The notes beneath the pieces are model-generated. The model was not told where the DNA came from. It was given only the letters and a program-made list of their open reading frames with translations, and did not search any database. Below, in pieces: positions 1 to 6,488 of a stretch of DNA of 63,114 bases; the stretch's first letter is position 1; every line of letters starts with the position of its first letter. A program made the translations under genes and the position numbers. Origin of the DNA: Nitrospinota bacterium (GTDB taxonomy: Bacteria; Nitrospinota; Nitrospinia; Nitrospinales; JACRGP01); assembly GCA_016207065.1 (NCBI GenBank), contig JACQQK010000149.1:1-63114 (forward strand). The letters run 5' to 3'.

Positions 1-1080
1 AGTGTTGACGTTCATGAAGTTGAAGCGGTCGTCCTCGCGGACTTTAACATATTTGAACGGCAGTTCGCTAATGATACGGGAAAGGGACAGCTCCCGCCGG
101 GACATCGCCTCGTACAGGGGCAGGATGAATTTGGGTTCGTAGATGGCGCACATGGGTTCGAACCCCAGGTGGCCTTTTTGGATGTAACAGGTCCCGTAGC
201 GCAACGGGTCGCGCTCGCGGACGATGGCCGAGAGGTTCTCCTCCCTGAGGAACGGCATGTCGCAGGCGACGACCAGCCACGCCTTGTCGGGGAAACGCCC
301 CATCAAGGTCGCCAGTCCGCCGACCGGCCCCAGCCCGATGTGTTCGTCGTCGATCCGCTCGCAGTTGGGCAGAGGCCCCAGCGCGCTCATGTCCAGGTCG
401 GCGCGGGAGGACAGGAACAGTTTCTCGCCATACTTCCCCAGCAGGTTGACCAGCCGGAGGGATTCCGGCATCCCGTTGTAGCAGAGCATGAACTTCGGGA
501 CGCCCCCCATGCGCTTGCTTTGCCCGCCGATGAATACCGCGCCATACAAAGGACAGGCGCGGTTGAAAAAGTGCGTTTTGACGAAAGCGTAGATCCGGTC
601 GATCTCGTCGCGATGGAAAACCGGGATGTCCGGGTCCTTCAGCCTGCCTTCCGGCAGGGTCCCCATGTGGATGAGGGCCTTGATCCCGGGGGTGTCGTGG
701 GGGATGGGCAGGGCGCCCTCGGCGTCCAAAAACACCACCTTGTCGAACGGCGATTGCTTGTATCCCTCGATCAGGATGCAGTCGCACTGCTCCAGGGCGT
801 GGGTGACGGTGCGTTGCTTGAAGTCGTCGTTGGCCACCACCGCGAAATGCACCGGGTCGTTGATGGTGACGATCCCCGCTCCCGCCTGGGCGCACCGGAA
901 GGTGTCCTTGCCCTCCTTGTCCATGGTGAACCGGTGCGCGTCGTGCTTGTAGTAGCCGATGCGGATGGCGTCCTCCTTGAACCTCTTGATGAGCCGCTCG
1001 ATCAGGGTCGTTTTGCCGACGCCGGAATAACCCGCGAAGCACAAAAAAGGAGTCTTGAATTGTTCCCAGTAACTGTCCAT
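1..1080 (-). CDS. mobA: MobB-MobA fusion (molybdopterin-guanine dinucleotide biosynthesis); C-terminus lies beyond the window edge
   Basis: Absent from the ORF track because it is open at the edge. My reverse-strand translation from ATG 1080 reads MDSYWEQFKTPFLCFAGYSGVGKTTLIERL (MobB P-loop), then GAVFIGGQSKRMGG.PKFML and VVACDMPFL (MobA motifs). The frame stays open to base 1. ORFs 68..1123(-) and 169..1440(+) are shadow frames. Confidence 0.8.
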   Translation of the reverse strand, partial: MDSYWEQFKTPFLCFAGYSGVGKTTLIERLIKRFKEDAIRIGYYKHDAHRFTMDKEGKDTFRCAQAGAGIVTINDPVHFAVVANDDFKQRTVTHALEQCDCILIEGYKQSPFDKVVFLDAEGALPIPHDTPGIKALIHMGTLPEGRLKDPDIPVFHRDEIDRIYAFVKTHFFNRACPLYGAVFIGGQSKRMGGVPKFMLCYNGMPESLRLVNLLGKYGEKLFLSSRADLDMSALGPLPNCERIDDEHIGLGPVGGLATLMGRFPDKAWLVVACDMPFLREENLSAIVRERDPLRYGTCYIQKGHLGFEPMCAIYEPKFILPLYEAMSRRELSLSRIISELPFKYVKVREDDRFNFMNVNT

Positions 1081-1190
1081 GAGTTCCGTAGCCCGAAACC
1101 GCTGTCAACGGCGCGTTTGCCAATATCTAATACATTGAGAATTAAGCCATTATTTCCGATCCAATCCCGCCGTGTCAACCTTTTAGTTCC

Positions 1191-1305
1191 CTCCCCACTC
1201 GCCGTGGGGGGGCGAAGCCGCCTCGCGCTTGCGCCGAGGCGGGAACTGCTTTTCGGCGATCGCGTCAGCGTCATCGCCGCATTGCCCGCCGGGGGCATCC
1301 CCGGC
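1191..1305. repeat. Hairpin-rich intergenic repeat (family B, inverted copy) preceded by a CCCCAC..GTGGGG hairpin
   Basis: The reverse complement of about 1217-1300 aligns with 21900-21975, with identical runs gacgctgacgcgatcgcc and gttcccgcctcggcg. Confidence 0.6.
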
Positions 1306-1420
1306 GCGTTGCTGTTGCAAAACGATAATGTAACAGCCTCCGCGTTTTCGAAGTTGCCTAAAAAAGGTCGGGGTTTTGTTAACCCATTGAAATTGTTTAC
1401 AAGTATTTCTCCCGAGGTTT

Positions 1421-1435
1421 TGGCATCGAATTTGA
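1421..1435 (+). promoter_or_regulatory. Candidate sigma-54 -24/-12 promoter of nirK (TGGCAT-N5-TTGA)
   Basis: The GG and the N5 spacing match TGGCAC-N5-TTGC, but the -12 C is an A. It lies about 60 nt upstream of the nirK ATG, and a sigma-54 activator gene is adjacent. Confidence 0.3.
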
Positions 1436-1495
1436 AGTAGATAGTTTTCGGTTTGGTTTTGGGATGTATCGTATCAACTTTACTGGAGGTAATAA

Positions 1496-2518
1496 ATGAA
1501 CTGCAAGAAATTGTTTGGCAAAGTTGGAGTTGTCTGTTGTTCCGCCGCTCTGTTGTTCCTGGTTTCCAGCAAGGCGACGGCCAACGAAACCGCGCAACTG
1601 ACCGCGGCGCCCAACGTCCCCAGCCCGGTTGCTAAACGGGGCCCGGCGACGGTGGTGGTGAATTTCGAGGCCAAGGAATTCGTGGGCGACCTGGCCGAGG
1701 GCAAGAAATACAAGTTCTGGAGTTACAACGGCACGGTCCCCGGCCCCATGGTCCGGGTGCGGGTCGGCGACACCGTCGAATTTCACTTGTCCAACCCCAA
1801 GACCAACGTCCAGCCGCATAACATCGACATCCATGCCGTGAACGGGCCCGGCGGCGGGGCGGCCGTCTCCACCGTGTCTCCCGGCGAGACGAAGGTGTTC
1901 CAGTTCAAGGCGCTCAACCCCGGCCTGTACATCTACCATTGCGCCGCGGGGGCCATCGTGGACCATATCGCCAACGGCATGTACGGCCTGTTCCTGGTCG
2001 AGCCGGAAAAGGGTCTCCCGAAAGCGGACAAGGAATTCTATGTCTTCCAGAGCGAGTTCTTCACCGACGGCGCGCCGGAAGCGGGGTTTAATATCGAAAA
2101 AGGTCTCGCCGAGCATGCCGACCACGTGGTCTTCAACGGCAAGGCCGGCGCGCTGATGGGCGACAACGCCCTGAAAGCCAAGGTGGGCGATAACGTCCGG
2201 ATCTTCTTCGGCAACATCGGGCCCAACAGCGTCTCCTCGTTCCACATCATCGGGGAGATTTTCGACCGGGTTTACTCGGAAGGGGCCATCGGCGGATCCG
2301 TCAACCACAACGTGCAGACGACCCTGGTGCCGTCGGCGGGCTCGACCATCGTCGAGTTCAAGCTCGACGTGCCAGGGCCCTACACTCTGGTCGACCACAG
2401 CATTTTCCGGGTGGCCAAGGGAGCCATCGGCCAGTTGATCGCCGAGGGCAAGGAGAACCCGGCCGTGTATAAGAGCCTGTCCGACGTCCATGTCGATCCC
2501 ACCAAGGGCGGACATTGA
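1496..2518 (+). CDS. nirK: Copper-containing nitrite reductase (NirK), Sec signal peptide
   Basis: GGAGG lies 6-12 nt upstream of the ATG. PHNIDIHA supplies a T1/T2 Cu His plus the catalytic Asp. YIYHCAAGAIVDHIANGM supplies His-Cys..His..Met type-1 Cu ligands. A C-terminal VDHS His is present. Two-cupredoxin size (340 aa). Confidence 0.92.
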   Translation: MNCKKLFGKVGVVCCSAALLFLVSSKATANETAQLTAAPNVPSPVAKRGPATVVVNFEAKEFVGDLAEGKKYKFWSYNGTVPGPMVRVRVGDTVEFHLSNPKTNVQPHNIDIHAVNGPGGGAAVSTVSPGETKVFQFKALNPGLYIYHCAAGAIVDHIANGMYGLFLVEPEKGLPKADKEFYVFQSEFFTDGAPEAGFNIEKGLAEHADHVVFNGKAGALMGDNALKAKVGDNVRIFFGNIGPNSVSSFHIIGEIFDRVYSEGAIGGSVNHNVQTTLVPSAGSTIVEFKLDVPGPYTLVDHSIFRVAKGAIGQLIAEGKENPAVYKSLSDVHVDPTKGGH

Positions 2519-2540
2519 CATGAGTTACCCTTACCCCGCC

Positions 2541-2619
2541 CTCTCCCGTCAAGGGAGAGGGTGACACAATGCTCCTTCTCCCCTGGCGGGAGAAGGTCAG
2601 GATGAGGGGGATTTGAAAG
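2541..2619. repeat. Family-A-like repeat fragment (two short GC hairpins plus GGGGGATTTGAAAG)
   Basis: Contains ctctcccgtcaagggagag, cttctcccctggcgggagaag and gagggggatttgaaag. The GGGGGATTTGAAA tail recurs at 8733, 11755, 29941 and 51589. Confidence 0.5.
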
Positions 2620-2639
2620 AAGGCGTTCGAAAATAGAAA

Positions 2640-2677
2640 GCCGCCTGGAAGGTTGGTTCTTCCAGGCGGCTTTTTTT
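2640..2677 (+). terminator. Rho-independent terminator after nirK; probably shared with the convergent activator gene
   Basis: A 12-bp perfect stem gccgcctggaag / cttccaggcggc (2640-2651 and 2659-2670) with a 7-nt loop, followed by T7 (2671-2677). The upstream side is A-rich. Confidence 0.8.
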
Positions 2678-2699
2678 GTTTATTGCAGGCGGGACGGTT

Positions 2700-4034
2700 T
2701 CACGCCAGGCGCCATTGCCGCATTTTCCGCCACAAGGTGATCCGGTGCAGGTCCAGGAGATCGGCGGCATGGGTGCGGTTGTTGCCGGTCTGGGTCAACG
2801 CTTGCATTACCATGTCGCGGGTGACCCGGTTCCGCCGCTGTTTCTTCTTCCCGTTTTTCTCGCCGCTGGCGTTCCGGTTGGACAATAGGTAGACCGGGAA
2901 ATCCTCCGGTTCGAGGACGTCCTTGGAGCATTTCACGCATGCGTGCTCGACGGCGTTTTCCAACTCGCGGACGTTGCCGGGCCAGTTGTAATCGGCCAGT
3001 TTCCGGTGGGCGGCGTCGGAGATCCGGGACACCGGCTTGGAGGTCTTCTTGTTCCAGTTGTTGATGAACTGCTGGCACAGCAGGGGGATGTCCTCCTTGC
3101 GCTCCCGCAGGGGGGGCAGGTGGATGGGGATGACGTTCAGCCGGTAATACAAGTCCTCGCGGAACCGCCCCGCCTCGACTTCCTTGAGGATGTTCTTGTG
3201 GGTGGCGACGATGATCCGGATATCGACCTTCCGGGGCTTGTTGTCGCCCACCCGCTCGATTTCCTTTTCCTGCAGGACGCGCAGGAGCTTGACCTGGATG
3301 GCGGGACTCAGGTCCCCGATCTCGTCGAGGAAAATCGTCCCGCCGTCGGCCTCCTCGAATCGGCTGGTCCGGTCCCGTTCCGCCCCCGTGAACGCGCCGC
3401 GGACGTGGCCGAACAACTCGCTTTCCAGCAGGCTGTCCGAGAACGCCGAGCAGTTCACCTTGACCAGATTGTGGGCCGAACGCGGGCTTTCCTGATGGAT
3501 GGCCTGCGCCACCAGTTCCTTGCCCGTCCCGCTTTCCCCCTGGATGAAGACCGTGGAGTCGAAGACGGCGATGTTCTTGATCGTCCCGAACAACTCCTTC
3601 ATCCGCAAGCTCTTGCCGATGATGTTCCGGAACGAATGCTTGCCTTCGCGGCCGTTCTTCAAATTGGCGATTTCCGTGATGTCCGTCAACGCCACCAGCA
3701 CCTCCAGCTTTCCCTCCGGACTTTTCCACAGGCGCCCGGCGTTGAACTCCCCGGTCCGTTCAATGCCGTCCTTGCGGATAAAGGGGGACTTGAAATGGAC
3801 GATGCGCGAGCTTTCGCCGGTCTTCGTGGACATGCACAAAGCGCAGTTGTTCAGGCAGAGGCTTTTGTCGAACAACGCGACGCATTTCTGGCCGATGACG
3901 TCTTCCCTCCTGTGGCCGGTGATCCGCTCCGCGGCGGAGTTGAAATATTTGATCCGCATGTTCTCGTCATAAACGAACACCGCTTCGCTCAGGACGTTCA
4001 AAGCCGTAAGGAGATGGTTCTGCCGGTCTGACAT
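2700..4034 (-). CDS. Sigma-54-dependent transcriptional activator (bEBP) with N-terminal PAS-like sensor and C-terminal Fis-type HTH
   Basis: Walker A GESGTGKE, the GAFTGA loop, ESELFGH and WPGNVRELEN are present, with a C-terminal HAADLLDLHRITLWRKM HTH. The N-terminus is PAS-like (FNSAAERITGHRREDVIGQKC). There is no receiver domain. Confidence 0.92.
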   Translation of the reverse strand: MSDRQNHLLTALNVLSEAVFVYDENMRIKYFNSAAERITGHRREDVIGQKCVALFDKSLCLNNCALCMSTKTGESSRIVHFKSPFIRKDGIERTGEFNAGRLWKSPEGKLEVLVALTDITEIANLKNGREGKHSFRNIIGKSLRMKELFGTIKNIAVFDSTVFIQGESGTGKELVAQAIHQESPRSAHNLVKVNCSAFSDSLLESELFGHVRGAFTGAERDRTSRFEEADGGTIFLDEIGDLSPAIQVKLLRVLQEKEIERVGDNKPRKVDIRIIVATHKNILKEVEAGRFREDLYYRLNVIPIHLPPLRERKEDIPLLCQQFINNWNKKTSKPVSRISDAAHRKLADYNWPGNVRELENAVEHACVKCSKDVLEPEDFPVYLLSNRNASGEKNGKKKQRRNRVTRDMVMQALTQTGNNRTHAADLLDLHRITLWRKMRQWRLA

Positions 4035-4110
4035 GGTTCCTCTTTATAGCGTATATGGAAGGGATTTTTCGGCCCTTTGGCCAGGAAAGCGAAAATTATA
4101 AATAAAAAAC

Positions 4111-4149
4111 GCAACGGTTGCAAATATTAATAATGCAACAATATGTTGC
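4111..4149. promoter_or_regulatory. Two GCAAC-N-GTTGC palindromes upstream of the activator gene
   Basis: GCAAC-G-GTTGC at 4111-4121 and GCAAC-AATAT-GTTGC at 4135-4149, in the AT-rich region 5' of the minus-strand bEBP start (4034). Confidence 0.35.
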
Positions 4150-4205
4150 GAATATGGGGAGTAGGAGGCGAATCCCAGTCTTTTACCGCCTCCGAACGCG
4201 GCTGA

Positions 4206-4544
4206 TTAAAGAAACGTTAAAATGGTTTTATGCAGGAAAAACCCGACCGCCAGCAAACCCAGCCCGGCCAGATAGCATTGCCAGAAGGACAGGCCCAGTT
4301 TCTCCGCCAACAAAAAGGGCACGAAGAACAGCAAGGATACGGGGATGCCGACGAAGACGCTCTTGGCGAACGCGATGGAGGCTTGGGGATTTTCGTGCTC
4401 GGCGTAGGAAAAGGCCAGGGCGACGAGGGTGGCGACGGGCAAGGCAATAATGAAACCCGCGAGGTCGGGCCGCTTACCCGAAAGCCACGAGCAAAAACTG
4501 ATGATGCCGGCGGCGACGGCCGTTTTTAGAATAAACAGGGTCAT
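4206..4544 (-). CDS. Small polytopic membrane protein (112 aa, about 4 TM segments), unknown function
   Basis: The internal ATG at 4544 of ORF 4206..4796 starts the hydrophobic part (MTLFILKTAVAAGIISF...). The upstream 84 codons overlap the csoR-like gene antisense and look like a shadow frame. Confidence 0.6.
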   Translation of the reverse strand: MTLFILKTAVAAGIISFCSWLSGKRPDLAGFIIALPVATLVALAFSYAEHENPQASIAFAKSVFVGIPVSLLFFVPFLLAEKLGLSFWQCYLAGLGLLAVGFFLHKTILTFL

Positions 4545-4580
4545 GGCGTTTTCGAGCGTCCCCCAAATATGTGCGTTCGC

Positions 4581-4616
4581 TTGACATATCCTATCCCCAG
4601 GGATAGGATATGTCAA
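4581..4616. promoter_or_regulatory. 36-bp palindromic operator overlapping divergent promoters (17-bp perfect arms)
   Basis: TTGACATATCCTATCCC-CA-GGGATAGGATATGTCAA. Each arm starts with TTGACA, and TAGGAT lies 17 nt downstream on either strand. It sits in the 75-bp gap between genes starting at 4544(-) and 4620(+). Confidence 0.65.
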
Positions 4617-4619
4617 GCC

Positions 4620-4889
4620 ATGGACAAGCACGAAACGCATCCGGAAATCGTCAAGCGCCTCAAGCGAGCCTTGGGCCACCTGGACAAGGTGGTCCACATG
4701 ATCGAGTCGGGGAAGGCCTGTCTGCAAGTAGCCCAGCAACTGCAAGCCGTCGTCAACGCCATCGCCAAGGCCAAGCAAATCTACGTCCAGGACCATATCG
4801 AAAACTGCATCGAAACGAGAGAAGGTCTGGCGTCCAAGGATCTCGCCCGGCAGGTCAGGGAGTTGAAGGAAATCGCAAAGTATTTGTGA
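4620..4889 (+). CDS. CsoR/RcnR/FrmR-family metal- or stress-sensing transcriptional repressor (DUF156)
   Basis: MDKHETHPEIVKRLKRALGHLDKVVHMIESGKACLQVAQQLQAV..QDHIENC shows the family helix pattern with a Cys...His-x3-Cys fingerprint. I chose ATG 4620 (89 aa) over the track start 4569, which would be encoded by the palindrome. Confidence 0.85.
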   Translation: MDKHETHPEIVKRLKRALGHLDKVVHMIESGKACLQVAQQLQAVVNAIAKAKQIYVQDHIENCIETREGLASKDLARQVRELKEIAKYL

Positions 4890-4938
4890 TGCGAGGACAC
4901 GGCGGGATTTGGACGCCCCTAAATAGTTGCCCAGACAT

Positions 4939-4956
4939 TATAGCATATATGCTATA
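4939..4956. promoter_or_regulatory. Perfect 18-bp palindrome overlapping a TATAAT box; likely HigA operator
   Basis: TATAGCATATATGCTATA at 4939-4956 and TATAAT at 4953-4958, 11 nt upstream of the toxin ATG 4969. Confidence 0.45.
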
Positions 4957-4968
4957 ATAAGACCGTCC

Positions 4969-5295
4969 ATGAGCTGGATTGTCGAGACCCTCAACCAAAC
5001 TGTCGATGATGAGTTGGAAGCCCTTCCGGCGGACATGCGGGCCATGTTTGCCCGCATTGTTGGGCTCATCGAATCCCTGGGATTGGAAAATGCCGGACGT
5101 CCCCACGTCAAACGCCTGGAAGGCCCTCTTTGGGAAATCCGCATGACTGGGAAGGCGGGAATTTCACGGGCGATTTACGTTACGGCGACAGGCCGCCGCA
5201 TAGTTGTCGTTCGCGTTTTCATAAAGAAGACCCAAAAGACGCCGCGCCGTGAAATTGACCTTGCCCTTGAAAGAGCAAAGGAGCTATTGAAATGA
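4969..5295 (+). CDS. higB: Type II toxin, RelE/ParE superfamily (HigB / phage Gp49-like)
   Basis: SWIVETLNQTVDDELEALPADMRAMF...LEGPLWEIRMTGKAGISRAIYV..RRIVVVRVFIKKTQKTPRREI is a typical Gp49/HigB pattern. It overlaps the downstream XRE antitoxin by 4 nt (ATGA). Confidence 0.8.
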   Translation: MSWIVETLNQTVDDELEALPADMRAMFARIVGLIESLGLENAGRPHVKRLEGPLWEIRMTGKAGISRAIYVTATGRRIVVVRVFIKKTQKTPRREIDLALERAKELLK

Positions 5296-5585
5296 CCAAA
5301 GTAAGAGACTTGCATAAAAAGTGGATGAAGGACCCCGGCTACCGCGCCGAATACGAGAAACTGGGGCCCGAATATGGGCTGGCCCGCGCCATTATCGAGG
5401 CGCGGATAAAAGCCGGGCTCACCCAGAATCAGTTGGCGAGGAAGATGAAGACAACCCAATCCGTTATCGCCAGGCTTGAGGGCGGAGACGTTAATCCCTC
5501 GACAAGGACCTTGGAGCGTTTGGCAAAAGCCACGGGCACGCGCCTTAAAATCGATTTTGTGCCGGTGGGCGAGGCTCGCGTTTAA
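5292..5585 (+). CDS. higA: XRE-family HTH antitoxin (HigA-like)
   Basis: HTH GLTQNQLARKMKTTQSVIARLEGG; 97 aa; translationally coupled to the toxin. Confidence 0.85.
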   Translation: MTKVRDLHKKWMKDPGYRAEYEKLGPEYGLARAIIEARIKAGLTQNQLARKMKTTQSVIARLEGGDVNPSTRTLERLAKATGTRLKIDFVPVGEARV

Positions 5586-5663
5586 TGAGCCGGAGGGAAA
5601 AATTCATCCAGAACATGAAATTTCATTTGTCCTCTCCTTTGCGCAGGCGCTCTTTGACGAATT

Positions 5664-6059
5664 CTAGCAGGTTGCTGAAAAACTATTTTTTAGTCTTTTG
5701 CCGTCATTCCCGTGAAAACGGAATCCAGTGTTTTCAAGGGCTTTCTGGATGCCCGCTTTCGCGGGCATGACGATTTTTGGGCGCAAAAGGGACTTTTTCA
5801 GCGCCCGGCTAGAGATTCTCTCGGTTCGTTGGCCCGCGACCGCGCGATCATATTGTATTGACAATTGAAGTCCATCGAGAATGGCGCGCAATGTGCCCGG
5901 CCTGATGGGTTTGCTTCCATGAACGGGAATGACGGCTCTTCGGCTGGGGTCGTCTCGATGGACCATGATCGCATGTCCTCCGGTCAGTCTCTTTACGTAA
6001 AACCCCCATCCTTCAAGAATGCGGATGAGGCGCGGACCGGAGATTTGCGGAAGTTTCAT
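5664..6059 (-). CDS. hicA: HicA-family mRNA interferase toxin with an abnormally long C-terminal extension reading through the MITE
   Basis: MKLPQISGPRLIRILEGWGFYVKRLTGGHAIMVHRDDPSRRAVIPVHGSKPIRPGTLRAILDGLQLS is the HicA pattern. The ATG overlaps the hicB stop (TGATG). The ORF continues about 65 codons beyond the usual HicA end. Confidence 0.7.
   Translation of the reverse strand: MKLPQISGPRLIRILEGWGFYVKRLTGGHAIMVHRDDPSRRAVIPVHGSKPIRPGTLRAILDGLQLSIQYDRAVAGQRTERISSRALKKSLLRPKIVMPAKAGIQKALENTGFRFHGNDGKRLKNSFSATC
5671..5802. mobile_element. MITE-like repeat, family C, copy 1 (about 130 bp, GCTGAAAAA terminal inverted repeats, two 8-bp GC hairpins)
   Basis: Shares a 32-nt identical core tttctggatgcccgctttcgcgggcatgacga and overall colinearity with 20908-21035. 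The ends are gctgaaaaac... and ...ctttttcagc. Confidence 0.7.
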
Positions 6060-6286
6060 CAAACGACGATCTCGATGTCCCGGATGAGGACTTCCGCGCC
6101 GGTTTCGGGGACCGGCAGGCCGTCGTCTTTCAGACTCCAAAGATAAAGCTTGATCGCTTCCTGGATGTTGGCGTTAGCTTCGTCGAAGTTGTCCCCTTGG
6201 GAAACGCAACCCGGAAGGGCGGGGACATGGACGGAGTACCCGCCGTCGGATTCCTGCTCGAAGACAACTTTAAATCGATAGCTCAT
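6059..6286 (-). CDS. hicB: HicB-family antitoxin (UPF0150)
   Basis: YRFKVVFEQESDGGYSVHVPALPGCVSQGDNFDEANANIQEAIKLYL is the typical HicB N-domain; 75 aa; coupled to hicA. Confidence 0.8.
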   Translation of the reverse strand: MSYRFKVVFEQESDGGYSVHVPALPGCVSQGDNFDEANANIQEAIKLYLWSLKDDGLPVPETGAEVLIRDIEIVV

Positions 6287-6488
6287 GTCGCGGTATTCCT
6301 TTCAGCAAGATAGCCGTTAACGCATAACCCAAACCCAGTCTAGACCGGATACCGATCGAGTGGAAGGGGGAAAATTTGGAGTGCAAAGCCTCCCGGCTTT
6401 GCATGCAACGCGAGGACGCGTTGCGCTCCAAAAACTTCCGCTTTGTCCAGCGGTTTTCCCCCTTGTTTATGAATGGGCAAAAAAGCGC

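Noticed and set aside
68-1440. Track ORFs 68..1123(-) 351 aa and 169..1440(+) 423 aa over the first kilobase.
   Set aside because: Both are Arg/Gly/Pro/His-rich with no motifs. A third frame on the minus strand, open to the window edge, gives an unmistakable MobB-MobA sequence, so these are shadow ORFs of high-GC DNA.
1397-4031. Long ORFs antisense or out of frame to nirK and the sigma-54 activator (1397..2521-, 2680..3729-, 2943..4031+).
   Set aside because: They overlap genes that have strong family motifs, their composition is dominated by R/G/P/A/D/V, and they show no start signals.
4569-4619. Track start codon 4569 for the CsoR-family gene (adds MCVRLTYPIPRDRICQA).
   Set aside because: The extra residues are encoded by the 36-bp palindrome, and the family length of about 90 aa fits ATG 4620. 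The 4569 start remains a formal alternative.
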